A stretch of 64,000 nt of DNA, from the NCBI GenBank assembly GCA_963841385.1, contig CAWJCO010000002.1:361172-425171 (forward strand). The letters are read 5' to 3'. Made by a program: the position numbers and the translations under genes. This document shows positions 1-9,504 of the stretch, piece after piece (within the stretch, counting starts at the first letter, position 1; each line of letters opens with the position of its first letter). The stretch comes from an uncultured Chloroflexia bacterium. GTDB lineage: Bacteria > Chloroflexota > Dormibacteria > Aeolococcales > Aeolococcaceae. The notes below the pieces were generated by a model. That model ran no database searches. It saw only the letters and a list, made by a program, of their open reading frames with translations, and was not told the DNA's origin.

Positions 1-231
1 GGGAGCTTCCGCGACCTTGGCGAGGCCTGCGGCGCGGCCGTCCGCCCGGAGGCTCGGTACGAGCCCTGCCTCGAGACGCACGCCGCCTACGAGGCCGCCT
101 ACCGGCTCTACATCGAGCTGTTCGACAGTCTCCGCTCGCTGTTTCGATGGGCCGAGCCGCCGCTCGCGGCGCCGGAGGGCGCCAGCCGGCCGGCCTCTCT
201 CCGTCAAGGGTCTCGGGAGGAAGTCACGTGA
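1..231 (+). CDS. FGGY-family carbohydrate kinase (xylulokinase-like), C-terminal fragment
   Basis: Frame 1 reads GSFRDLGEACGAAVRPEARYEP...HAAYEAAYRLYIELFDSLRSLF..., the typical FGGY kinase C-terminal helix. Its TGA (229-231) overlaps the next gene's GTG (GTGA). Not in the ORF track because it is truncated by the window edge. Confidence 0.7.
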   Translation, partial: GSFRDLGEACGAAVRPEARYEPCLETHAAYEAAYRLYIELFDSLRSLFRWAEPPLAAPEGASRPASLRQGSREEVT

Positions 232-1616
232 CCACGCAACCGAAGATCGGCGTGCTGACCATGGCGCTGCTCGAAGACGCCTACAACAAGACCGCCCACA
301 TGCGCCCGGCAGCGACCGAGACGGCGCGTGGCGTGGCCAGGGCGCTGGAACCGTACGGCACGGTGGTGCACCCCGGCCTGGTGGAGGACGAGGAGCAGGC
401 CGCCGCCGCGGCGCGCCAGTTCAACGCCGAGGGCGTCGACATCATCGTCGCCATGGAGCTCGCCTACACCAAGGGGCTGGTCCCCGCACGCTGCTTCCTC
501 GACACCACCGCCCCGGTGCTGGTCTGGAACACGCAGCAGATCGGCCGTCTCCAGGAGGGGGACGGCTTCGACGTGATAATGCTCAACTCGGGGATGGCCG
601 GCATGCCCGAGCTGACCGCGGCCCTGATCCGCACCGGCCGGGAGTTCTCGCTGGTCACCTCGCGGTTCGACGACCCCGAAGGTCGGGAGAAGCTCGCTCG
701 GGTGATCCAGGCCGCGGGGGTGCGCCGCCGCCTGCGCAGCGCCAAGGTGGGCCTGGTGGGCCATCCCTTCGAGGGGATGACCGATCTCATGTTCGACGCC
801 GTGGCGCTGCGCCAGTCGGTCGGCCCCGCACTCTGGCCGGTCGAGCCGGAGGCGGTGGCGGTGCGCTTCGGCGAGATCCCCCAGGCCGAGGTCGACGCGC
901 TGGTCGCATCCGAGCGGGCGCGCTACCACGTCGAGATGGAGGCGGAGCTCTTCGAACGGTCGGTCCGGCTGGCGCTCGCGCTGGAGTCGGTGGCCCGCGA
1001 GCAGAAGCTCGACGCCTTCACCGCCTTCGACCAGGTCTGGCTGAGCGATCCCCGGGTGGGGGTCATCCCCTCCTACGGGACCGGCCGCCTCTGCGAGGTC
1101 GGCATCCCGGCGGCACCCGAGGGCGACGTCACCACCGCGATCTCCCAGCTGGTCATGCAGGAGCTGGCCGGCCAGGCCACCACCCTCGAGAACTACGTCA
1201 TCGACTTCGACGACAACGCGGTGATGTTCTCCCACGACGGCCACGGCAACCCGGCGCTGGGGACGTCCGGAGCGGTCGCGGTCAAGCACTCCATCTACTA
1301 CAGGGGGGTGCACGGGTACGGAGCCGGCTTCGAGTTCGTCTACGAGCCGGGACCGATCACCAACCTGGCGATCGTCACCGTGGGCGACAACCGCTGGCGG
1401 TTCGTGATCTCGGAGGGGCAGCTCCTGCCCATGGAGCCGCGGCCCATCTCGGCACCCCAGGCCCTCTTCCGGCACGACACGCTGGCCGTCGACGAGTGGT
1501 GCGATGCGTGGCTCCGGGCCGGGGCTCCGCACCACATGGGGGCGGCGCGTGGACGCTGGACCCGGCAGCTCCTCGAGCTGGCCCGGATGCAGAAGATCGA
1601 GGCTGTGGTCGTGTGA
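228..1616 (+). CDS. L-arabinose/L-fucose isomerase-family sugar isomerase
   Basis: GTG at 228 after a GGGAGG RBS. AraA/FucI-like motifs: EGDVTTA, ENY..DFDDNAVMFSHDG, W..AGAPHH. Lies in a sugar operon. Confidence 0.8.
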   Translation: MTTQPKIGVLTMALLEDAYNKTAHMRPAATETARGVARALEPYGTVVHPGLVEDEEQAAAAARQFNAEGVDIIVAMELAYTKGLVPARCFLDTTAPVLVWNTQQIGRLQEGDGFDVIMLNSGMAGMPELTAALIRTGREFSLVTSRFDDPEGREKLARVIQAAGVRRRLRSAKVGLVGHPFEGMTDLMFDAVALRQSVGPALWPVEPEAVAVRFGEIPQAEVDALVASERARYHVEMEAELFERSVRLALALESVAREQKLDAFTAFDQVWLSDPRVGVIPSYGTGRLCEVGIPAAPEGDVTTAISQLVMQELAGQATTLENYVIDFDDNAVMFSHDGHGNPALGTSGAVAVKHSIYYRGVHGYGAGFEFVYEPGPITNLAIVTVGDNRWRFVISEGQLLPMEPRPISAPQALFRHDTLAVDEWCDAWLRAGAPHHMGAARGRWTRQLLELARMQKIEAVVV

Positions 1617-1701
1617 TGAACCAGCTGCCAGGTTGGTGCCGGTGCCGTCCGCGTCTGGCGAGGCCGGGCGGGTGGGCTGGCTGCGGGCCGGGTGGACAGC
1701 C

Positions 1702-2475
1702 ATGGCCAGCCTGACGCCGGCACGCGCACGCCGGGACAGCATCACCAGGCTGCTCGAGGACGGGGGCAGGGTCAGCGTCACCGCCCTGACGGCTCAGTTC
1801 GGGGTCACCCAGACGTCCATCCGGCACGACCTCACCGTCCTGGAGGAGGTGGGGAAGCTGCGCCGCGTCCGCGGCGGCGCGGTCAGCGCCCGGAGGCTCA
1901 CACCACCGTCTGCGGCGATCGAGCGCGCCCGTGAGAACCTGGCGGAGAAGAGGCGAATCGGGGGGTTGGCCGCAACCCTGGTTCGGACCGGCGATGTGGT
2001 CCTCTTCGACTCCGGTTCCACGGTGCTCCAGGTGGTGACCAGCATCCCGGCGCCGCAGCGGATCACCGTGGTCACCCACTCACTGCAGGTGATGGAGGAG
2101 GTGGGTACGTGGGACTACCCGCACCTCATCTGCCTGGGCGGCCTGTACCTGAGAGAGCACCAGTCGTGGGTGGGACCGCTGACCCTGCTCAACCTCCGCG
2201 ACCTCACCGGAGACATCGCCTTCCTGGGCTGCGACGGGCTGACGGTCGAAGGTGGGATGACCACCGCGGACATGCTGGTCGCCGAGGTCGGAGCGGCGCT
2301 GGCCGCGCGTGCCCGCCGGGTGGTCGTCGTCGCCGACGCCACCAAGCTGGGACGGGCGGGGTTCACACCCTTCGTGACCCTCGATGCCATCAACGTGCTG
2401 GTCACCGACGAGCGTGCCGATCCCGGCATCGTGGCCCGGATCCGGGAGATGGGGATCGAGGTGCTGCTGGCATGA
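1702..2475 (+). CDS. DeoR/GlpR family transcriptional regulator
   Basis: HTH ...FGVTQTSIRHDLTVLEE.GKLRRVRGGA; sensor domain EKRRIG, FDSGST, VADATKLG. Confidence 0.92.
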   Translation: MASLTPARARRDSITRLLEDGGRVSVTALTAQFGVTQTSIRHDLTVLEEVGKLRRVRGGAVSARRLTPPSAAIERARENLAEKRRIGGLAATLVRTGDVVLFDSGSTVLQVVTSIPAPQRITVVTHSLQVMEEVGTWDYPHLICLGGLYLREHQSWVGPLTLLNLRDLTGDIAFLGCDGLTVEGGMTTADMLVAEVGAALAARARRVVVVADATKLGRAGFTPFVTLDAINVLVTDERADPGIVARIREMGIEVLLA

Positions 2476-2677
2476 TCCCCATCCGCTCTTGGGTTGGACT
2501 CCACAGGTCGCGGCGCGAGAGCCGCGCGGATTTGGCGGCGGGCATGTCAAGGAGGGTGATGCTGGGTGAAACGCGCACGGGGGGCTTCAAGGTCGTTTTC
2601 CGGGTCTTCGGCCGGCTGGGTTCAGATGAGGGGCGTCGCACAACGCCCCTTCCGATGACGAATACGGGGAGCTAGTT

Positions 2678-3997
2678 ATGACAGGCAACTCGACACGAGG
2701 GCTGATGGGGCGGCTGAGCCGCTTCGGCGCGGTCGCAGTGGGCACGGCCCTGCTGCTGACGGCGTGCGGCTCGGGCGGCTCGGGGTCGCAGGTGACCCTC
2801 ACGCTCTGGCAGAACTACGGCACCGAGTCCAACGCCACCGCAACCACGAACTTGGTCAAGGCATTTGAAAAGCTGCATCCCGACATCCACATCAACGTCG
2901 TGGCGCAGCCGGCCGACAACTACTTCGCGCTGCTTCAGGCTGCCGCCATCTCCAAGACCGGCCCGGACCTCGCGGTCATGTGGACCGGTCTCTTCACCCT
3001 CCAGTACGACAGCTACTTGCAGAACCTGAAGTCGTATATCCCGCAGAGCGACCTCTCCAACATGCTGGGGATGCAATGGGTGGCCCCGGGATTCAACACC
3101 TCCAACGGGGCGTACGTCATACCCCTGGAGGACCAGTTCTACATCGGCTTCTACAACAAGTCGCTGTTCACCAAGGCGGGCATCACCCAGGTCCCGCAGA
3201 ACTGGACTGAGCTGATGACGGACTGCGCGCTCTTCAAGGCGATGGGGACCAACTGCCTCTACTACGGGGCCGACACCCAGGCGCTCGGGGCGGAGTTCTA
3301 CCCCTACTACGATCTCAGCTACCTGATGATCGGTGCGCTGGGAGTTTCCCAGTGGGAGCAGCTCTACAATGGCCAGCTCTCCTGGACGGATCCCACCGTC
3401 GAGGCTCAGCTGACCAAGTGGGCGGCTCTCCACGCGGACGGCTACACCAACTCCAACGTGATCAGCTCGGGCAACTCGTTGATCGCGCTCGAGAAGGGTC
3501 AGACCGCCATGATCGTCGATGGCAACTGGGACACCGAAACCCTGTACCAGTCGATGGGCAGCAACCTGGGGACCTTCGTGCCGCCCTACTCGGACACGTC
3601 GATCAATGGCGTGGTCCAGTACCCGGGCGACGGGTACTCGATGACCACCTACTCGCAGCACAAGACCCAGGCGGCCGAGTTCCTCCAGTTCCTCACCACC
3701 AGCCAGGCGGCGACCGTCATCGACCAGAGCGGTCTGATCCCGGACCTGAGCGGGTCGACGTCGTCGAACCCGGTCAACCAGGACATGCTGAACTTCGCCG
3801 CCCAGGACGGGATGACGCCCTACCCGATGCTCGACAACGTGACCCAGGTCGGCGTGGTGAACGAGGGGAGCAAGGTGCTTCCGCAGCTCCTGGCCGGGCA
3901 GATCAGCGTCGCCACGGCGGCCCAGGACCTGGAGCAGGCGTGGCAGGCCCTGCCGGCAGGGCAGCGCAGCTCGACGTGGGCCAGCTATAAGGCGTAG
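2678..3997 (+). CDS. Carbohydrate ABC transporter substrate-binding lipoprotein
   Basis: Lipobox LLTAC; SBP_bac_1-like features (AFEKLHPDIHIN, GPDL, FYNKSLF.KAGI, GQTAMIVDGNW). Confidence 0.93.
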   Translation: MTGNSTRGLMGRLSRFGAVAVGTALLLTACGSGGSGSQVTLTLWQNYGTESNATATTNLVKAFEKLHPDIHINVVAQPADNYFALLQAAAISKTGPDLAVMWTGLFTLQYDSYLQNLKSYIPQSDLSNMLGMQWVAPGFNTSNGAYVIPLEDQFYIGFYNKSLFTKAGITQVPQNWTELMTDCALFKAMGTNCLYYGADTQALGAEFYPYYDLSYLMIGALGVSQWEQLYNGQLSWTDPTVEAQLTKWAALHADGYTNSNVISSGNSLIALEKGQTAMIVDGNWDTETLYQSMGSNLGTFVPPYSDTSINGVVQYPGDGYSMTTYSQHKTQAAEFLQFLTTSQAATVIDQSGLIPDLSGSTSSNPVNQDMLNFAAQDGMTPYPMLDNVTQVGVVNEGSKVLPQLLAGQISVATAAQDLEQAWQALPAGQRSSTWASYKA

Positions 3998-4009
3998 TTC
4001 CTCCTGAAG

Positions 4010-4052
4010 GGTTGGGTGGGGCGGCCGCCGCGGCGGCCCGCCCCACCCAACC
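4010..4052 (+). terminator. GC-rich stem-loop after the SBP gene (mRNA stabiliser/attenuator)
   Basis: GGTTGGGTGGGGCGG (4010-4024) is the exact reverse complement of CCGCCCCACCCAACC (4038-4052). It sits between the SBP and permease genes, a usual position in CUT1 operons. Confidence 0.65.
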
Positions 4053-4153
4053 AGCGGGACCCCGGAATGTCGAACCGGCCACAGGTGGGCGGCGGCCCTG
4101 GCCGGTCGGGAGATGAATCGTCCGCCGCTAACATGGGAAGCGAAAGAAGCCAG

Positions 4154-5095
4154 ATGGCAGAGGCAGAGGTCGAGGCGGTTGGGGTCCGGTCCTCGCCGCG
4201 CGAGGGCCGAAAGCGCGGCCGCAGGGCGTCCGGGATCGCGCGCCAGCGAGGGCGTGCCGGCATCGTGCTGACCCTCCCGGCCTTCGCCGTGGTCGTGGCC
4301 CTGCTGATCATCCCCATCGGCGAGGCCGTCTACTACAGCATGACCAACTGGGACGGCATCACCGCCCAGTGGGTGGGGCCGCGCACCTATCTCGACCTCT
4401 TCCAGAGCCCGACCTTCTGGCGGGTCCTCGAGAACAACGGGCTCCTGCTGCTGGCGCTTCCGATCGCCGTCTTCATCCCGCTGGTGATCGCCGGCATGCT
4501 CCACGAGCACGTCTGGGGTTGGAAGGTCTTCCGATCCCTCATCTTCCTGCCCACGGCCGTCTCATGGGTGGTGATCGGCATCGTCGCGATGCAGGTGTTC
4601 GCGGCGAACGGGACGGTCAACTCCCTGCTGGGCGCCCTGGGCCTGAAGTCGCTGGAGATCAACTTCCTGGGCTTCGAATACAGCGCCCTCGGGGCGGTGG
4701 CCGTCACCTTCATCTGGTCGATGGTCGGCACCAACACCATCATCTTCCTGACCGGGATGTCGACCATCGACCCGGCCATCTACGAGGCCGCACGGCTGGA
4801 TGGAGCCGGACGGCTGATGGTCTTCCGCCACATCACCCTCCCGCTTCTCAAGCGCTACTTCCAGTTCGGGTTCGTGATCACCACCATCAGCGCCTTCACC
4901 GGCCTCTTCAGCCTGATCTTCATCATGACCGAGGGTGGCCCCGGGTACGGGACCACGACCCTGGAGTTCTTCGTCTATCAGCAGGCGTTCGCCGTCGGGG
5001 CATTCGGAACCGGGGCCACCGTGGGCATCGTGCTGCTGGTGATCATCTTCGGGGTGAACCTCCTGCAGATGCGGATCCTGCGCGGTGAGACGTAG
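4154..5095 (+). CDS. Carbohydrate ABC transporter permease (MalF-like)
   Basis: Multiple TM helices; EAA loop IYEAARLDGA; MTEGGPGYGT. Confidence 0.93.
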   Translation: MAEAEVEAVGVRSSPREGRKRGRRASGIARQRGRAGIVLTLPAFAVVVALLIIPIGEAVYYSMTNWDGITAQWVGPRTYLDLFQSPTFWRVLENNGLLLLALPIAVFIPLVIAGMLHEHVWGWKVFRSLIFLPTAVSWVVIGIVAMQVFAANGTVNSLLGALGLKSLEINFLGFEYSALGAVAVTFIWSMVGTNTIIFLTGMSTIDPAIYEAARLDGAGRLMVFRHITLPLLKRYFQFGFVITTISAFTGLFSLIFIMTEGGPGYGTTTLEFFVYQQAFAVGAFGTGATVGIVLLVIIFGVNLLQMRILRGET

Positions 5096-5108
5096 TGGGA
5101 GTGGGGAG

Positions 5109-6011
5109 ATGACCGTCGAGGGTGAGACCGCGGCCGCGCCGCTCCAGGCCGCGAGTCGCGAGCGGGCAGCGACCCGACGGGGTCGACCCACCCTGGCGCG
5201 CCGGCTGCGGAGGGATCCCGGGGCGGTGATCATGTTCTTTGTGCTGATCGTGGTCTGCATCGTGATGCTGTACCCGTTCGCCTTCATGATCATCAACTCG
5301 CTCCGCACCGAGACCCAGTACCTCAACGGGAGCGGCTTCTCCACGTCGAGCTGGATCGGGCTCTTCAACGCTCTGCCGGTGGGCTCGGAGCTGCTCAACT
5401 CCACGCTCATCTGCGCGGGGTCGATCGCGATCATCCTGATCGGCTCGAGCGCGGCGGGGTTCGCGTTCGCCAAGCTCCACTACCGCCGTCAGAACGTGAT
5501 CTTCCTCGGGATCATCGGCAGCATGATGATCCCGGTGCAGTCGATCATCATCCCGGAATACGTCAATCTCAGCAACCTCGGCCTGGTCAACAACTACCTC
5601 GCCCCGATCCTGGTGTACTCGGCTCTGGGCATGCCGTTTGCCACCTTCCTGATGACGGTGTTCTTCCGCGGCCTGCCCGACGAGCTGATCGAGGCGGCGC
5701 TGTGCGACGGCTTCGGCTACGTGGGCGTCTTCTGGCGCATCGCGGTCAGGATGGCCGCTCCGGCGCTGGCGACCGTCACCGTCCTGCAGTTCATCCAGAT
5801 CTGGGACGACCTCCTGGTCGCGCTCCTCCTCCTGCAGGAGCCGGCCAACCGGACCATCACGGTGGGGCTTGGGGTCATCTCATCCGGTCGTGCGGTCAGT
5901 ATCCCCGCGCTGATGGCGGGATCCCTGATCAGCGCCCTCCCGGCGATCATCGTGTACCTGATCTTCCAGCGCTATCTCATCTCGGGCCTCACCATGGGGG
6001 TAAGTCGCTGA
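5109..6011 (+). CDS. Carbohydrate ABC transporter permease (MalG-like)
   Basis: TM helices; LPDELIEAALCDG; C-terminal FQRYLISGLTMG. Confidence 0.93.
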   Translation: MTVEGETAAAPLQAASRERAATRRGRPTLARRLRRDPGAVIMFFVLIVVCIVMLYPFAFMIINSLRTETQYLNGSGFSTSSWIGLFNALPVGSELLNSTLICAGSIAIILIGSSAAGFAFAKLHYRRQNVIFLGIIGSMMIPVQSIIIPEYVNLSNLGLVNNYLAPILVYSALGMPFATFLMTVFFRGLPDELIEAALCDGFGYVGVFWRIAVRMAAPALATVTVLQFIQIWDDLLVALLLLQEPANRTITVGLGVISSGRAVSIPALMAGSLISALPAIIVYLIFQRYLISGLTMGVSR

Positions 6012-6099
6012 TGGGTGGGAGGCAGGTGAGCTCGTTGCCGGTGGGGAGCCGGTCCATTCGCTGCTGGCCATATCCACGGCCGGAGCCAGGGGAGTACAG

Positions 6100-7317
6100 A
6101 TGGCGACAGTAGAGCTGGACGCGGTCAGCAAGGTGTACCCCAACGGCGTGGAGGCGGTCCAGAGCGTGAGCCTCGAGATCGGCGACGGGGAGCTGATGGT
6201 CCTGGTCGGCCCCTCGGGCTGCGGCAAGACCACCGTGCTGCGGATGGTGGCCGGCCTCGAGGAGATCTCGGATGGGGAGGTGCGCATCGGGGGCCGGGTG
6301 GTGAACGACGTCTCCCCGAAGGACCGGGACATCGCCATGGTCTTCCAGAACTACGCGCTCTATCCGCACATGACGGTGGCCCAGAACATCGGCTTCGGGC
6401 TCAAGATGCGCCGGCTGTCCAGGGCCGAGGTCGAGCTCAAGGTGCGCAGCACGGCCAAGATGCTCGGTCTCGGCCAGTGGCTGGATCGGAAGCCGGCGCA
6501 GCTCTCGGGCGGGCAGCGACAGCGGGTCGCCATGGGGCGCGCCATCGTGCGCGAGCCGAAGGTGTTCCTGATGGACGAGCCGCTGAGCAACCTGGACGCC
6601 AAGCTGCGCGTGCAGATGCGCGCCGAGGTCTCCCGGATCCAGCGGCGGCTGGGAGTCTCGATGCTCTACGTCACCCATGATCAGACCGAGGCCATGACCA
6701 TGGGTGACCGCGTGGCCGTGCTGCTGGGCGGCGTGCTCCAGCAGTGCGCGGCGCCCCAGGTGCTGTACGAGCGACCCATCAACATCTTCGTGGCCGCGTT
6801 CATCGGCTCGCCGGCGATGAATATGTACGAGGGCGGGCTCACCCCGGATGGGACGGCCGTCAGCCTCGGCTCCCAGCGGCTGGAGCTCTCCGAGGAGGTG
6901 CGCAGGACGCGACCGGCGCTCGCCGCCCGCCGGGGCAAGGGGGTTGTGGTGGGGATCCGCCCGGAGCACATCTCCGCCGCCGGGCCAGGGGACGCCGCGG
7001 TGCTGCAGGGCGATGTCGAGCTGCTCGAGGCCCTGGGGTCGGAGTTGCTGGTGCACTTCAGCCTGGACGCGCCCTTCGCTCAGGTCCCGGGGGCGTCGAC
7101 CGGGAGCCGCGACGGCCAGCCGGACGGGGACGATTCGGGTACGACCAGCTCGACCTGGGGTGTCGCCCGGGTGGACTCGGGGACCCGGATCGCGGTCGGC
7201 GAGCGGGCCGGCTTCGCCGTCCGCGCCGGCTCGATGCACTTCTTCGACCCGGACACGGGCATGGCGATCTGGGATGAGACGCCGGGCGCCGGCAGCGCCC
7301 AGATGCCCGCCTCCTGA
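6100..7317 (+). CDS. Sugar ABC transporter ATP-binding protein (MalK/MsiK-like)
   Basis: Walker A GPSGCGKT, signature LSGGQRQR, Walker B FLMDEPLSNLD, YVTHDQ; C-terminal TOBE domain. Confidence 0.95.
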   Translation: MATVELDAVSKVYPNGVEAVQSVSLEIGDGELMVLVGPSGCGKTTVLRMVAGLEEISDGEVRIGGRVVNDVSPKDRDIAMVFQNYALYPHMTVAQNIGFGLKMRRLSRAEVELKVRSTAKMLGLGQWLDRKPAQLSGGQRQRVAMGRAIVREPKVFLMDEPLSNLDAKLRVQMRAEVSRIQRRLGVSMLYVTHDQTEAMTMGDRVAVLLGGVLQQCAAPQVLYERPINIFVAAFIGSPAMNMYEGGLTPDGTAVSLGSQRLELSEEVRRTRPALAARRGKGVVVGIRPEHISAAGPGDAAVLQGDVELLEALGSELLVHFSLDAPFAQVPGASTGSRDGQPDGDDSGTTSSTWGVARVDSGTRIAVGERAGFAVRAGSMHFFDPDTGMAIWDETPGAGSAQMPAS

Positions 7318-7392
7318 CCTGCGATGAACGCACCTCGCGCCAGCCGCGAGCTGGCCCTCGCCACCCCGCCACCTCGGAGGAGAGATTCCCAG

Positions 7393-7890
7393 ATGTCCGT
7401 CTACCACGAGTCGTTCCAGATCCAGTCAGACCGGCTCCCCACCTTCCACGATGTCACGCCTCATGCGCAGGAGGCGCTGGCGCGCTCCGGGATCAGGGAC
7501 GGCATCCTGATGGTGTACTCGCAGCACACCACCTGCAGCGTCCTGATCCAGGAGGAGTCGCACGACGTCAACTACTGGGGCACCCCGCTCCTGATGCAGG
7601 ACCTGGTGAACGTCTTCGAGCGTCTGGTCCCCACCTGCCGGACCGAGGGACAGTATCTGCATCCCGGGCCGAAGCACATCGAGGTCGCGGTCTCCACGCT
7701 GCATGAGCAGGCGGCCTGGGGGTTGAACACCGACGCGCACCTGAGGTCGGTGATGCTGGGGCGCTCGGAGAGCGTGCCCGTCATCGAGGGCTCGATGGCG
7801 CTGGGAGAGTTCGGACGGTTCTGGTTCGTCGACTTCGACCAGGTGCGAGCCCGTGAGCGGACGGTCCGCATCCAGATCGTCGGAGAGTAG
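7393..7890 (+). CDS. YjbQ/UPF0047 family protein
   Basis: HTTCSVLIQE, N.DAHLRS..LG.S, LGEFG....DFD..R.R motifs of UPF0047. Confidence 0.88.
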   Translation: MSVYHESFQIQSDRLPTFHDVTPHAQEALARSGIRDGILMVYSQHTTCSVLIQEESHDVNYWGTPLLMQDLVNVFERLVPTCRTEGQYLHPGPKHIEVAVSTLHEQAAWGLNTDAHLRSVMLGRSESVPVIEGSMALGEFGRFWFVDFDQVRARERTVRIQIVGE

Positions 7891-7895
7891 GCACC

Positions 7896-8636
7896 GTGTA
7901 CCGGGGGCTGGAGATCACGCCGCCCTTCTTCGAGCTGGGGCCGAAGGGCTACATGTTCGGCCCCGAGATGCTCCGGCTGTCAATCCGTGCCGACGAGCTG
8001 AGCCGCGAGTACGAGGTGCAGATCATCATCGACCCCCAGTACGTGGACATACCGCTCATCGCCCAGCGGGTTGAGCGAGCCCTGGTGTTCGCCCCGCACA
8101 TGGATTCACTGGAGCCGGGGCGTGGGCAGGGCGCCGTGCTCCCCGAAGCGCTCAAGGCGGCGGGCGCGGTGGGCGTCGTCCTGAATCACGTCGAGCGCCG
8201 GCTGACCCGAGAGCAGCTGGCCCTGACCATCCGCCGCGCCGACCAGGTCGGGCTCGCGACCGTCGCCTGCTCCGACGATGTCGAGAGCGCGGTGTCGATC
8301 GCCGAGCTGGCACCCAATGTGATCGTCGTGGAGTCGCCGGAGCTGATCGGGGCCGGCAGCGCCGCTGATCGTGGGAACGCGGCGATCGGGGACATCAACC
8401 GCGCCATCTGGCGGGTCAATCCGGAGATCCGGGTGGTCCACGGGGCGGGCATCGGCTGCGCTCGTGACGTGTTCGACGTCATGGCGGCGGGGGCCCAGGG
8501 AACCGGGTCGAGCAGCGGGGTCTGCACGGCTCCGGACCCGGAGGCGATGTTGGGAGAGATGGTCAGGGCGACGCGCGACGGATGGGACGCGTGCCATCGA
8601 GGGACGCGTGCCCTTGAGAGGGTGACCGAGGTCTGA
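7896..8636 (+). CDS. Triosephosphate isomerase-like protein (short, archaeal-type, atypical)
   Basis: GAVLPEALKAAGAVGVVLNHVER, VESPELIG, GAGI, GTGSSSG. The N-terminal Lys motif reads ELGPKGY instead of NxK. Confidence 0.85.
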   Translation: MYRGLEITPPFFELGPKGYMFGPEMLRLSIRADELSREYEVQIIIDPQYVDIPLIAQRVERALVFAPHMDSLEPGRGQGAVLPEALKAAGAVGVVLNHVERRLTREQLALTIRRADQVGLATVACSDDVESAVSIAELAPNVIVVESPELIGAGSAADRGNAAIGDINRAIWRVNPEIRVVHGAGIGCARDVFDVMAAGAQGTGSSSGVCTAPDPEAMLGEMVRATRDGWDACHRGTRALERVTEV

Positions 8637-8727
8637 CCACGACCCGGGGCCCGGACCTGACAGGGCCTGCACGCGTGCCGACCCCGCCCTGCCACAATCC
8701 CGGAGGTTTGGAGGCCGGAGGCTGAGC

Positions 8728-9504
8728 GTGACCACGGCAAAGGCGCGACGCGATCTCATCGCGAGGATGATCGAGGGGCGCGAAAGTCTCAGTGTGGCCG
8801 AACTGATGGCTCAGTTCAATGTCACCGACACCTCGATCCGCCATGACCTGACCATCCTCGAGGAGCAGGGCAAGCTCCGCCGCGTTCATGGCGGCGCGGT
8901 GAGCAGGCCGACAGCCCAGGTGAACGGCCTCTTCGCCCGCCGAGCTCGCGAGAATACGGCCCAGAAGAGGCGCATCGGGCTGGCGGCGGCCGGCCTGGTG
9001 CAGGCCGGCAACGCCGTCTTCTTCGACTCGGGCTCGACCGTGGTGGAGGTCGCGGCGCACCTCCCGGGGATCCTGCGCTCGTCACGCTCGATCACCATGG
9101 TCACCCACTCGCTGCCGGTGATCCAGGAGGTCGGAAGCTGGGAACAGTCCCATCTGATCTGTCTGGGGGGGCTGTACCTGCCCGACTACCAGGCCGTGGT
9201 GGGGCCGGTGACCCTGGCCGATCTGCGCGAGCTCAGTGCCGACATCGCCTTCCTGGGGTGCGACGGTCTGACCGTCGAGGGCGGGCTGAGCACGCCCCAC
9301 ATGCTCATCGCCGAGGTCGGTGCGGCGATGGCCGCCCGGGCTCGCCGGGTGGTGGTCGTCGCCGACTCGACCAAGCTGGGCCGGGCCGGGTTCACGCCCA
9401 TCGTCGGCCTGGAGGCTGTCAGCGTTCTGGTCACCGACCGGGATGCCCACCCCGATCAGACCGCCCAGATTCGCGACCTGGGCATCGAGGTGGTGCTGGC
9501 CTGA
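8728..9504 (+). CDS. DeoR/GlpR family transcriptional regulator (paralog of 1702-2475)
   Basis: TSIRHDLTILEEQGKLRRVHGGA; FDSGST; long stretches nearly identical to the first DeoR. Confidence 0.92.
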   Translation: MTTAKARRDLIARMIEGRESLSVAELMAQFNVTDTSIRHDLTILEEQGKLRRVHGGAVSRPTAQVNGLFARRARENTAQKRRIGLAAAGLVQAGNAVFFDSGSTVVEVAAHLPGILRSSRSITMVTHSLPVIQEVGSWEQSHLICLGGLYLPDYQAVVGPVTLADLRELSADIAFLGCDGLTVEGGLSTPHMLIAEVGAAMAARARRVVVVADSTKLGRAGFTPIVGLEAVSVLVTDRDAHPDQTAQIRDLGIEVVLA

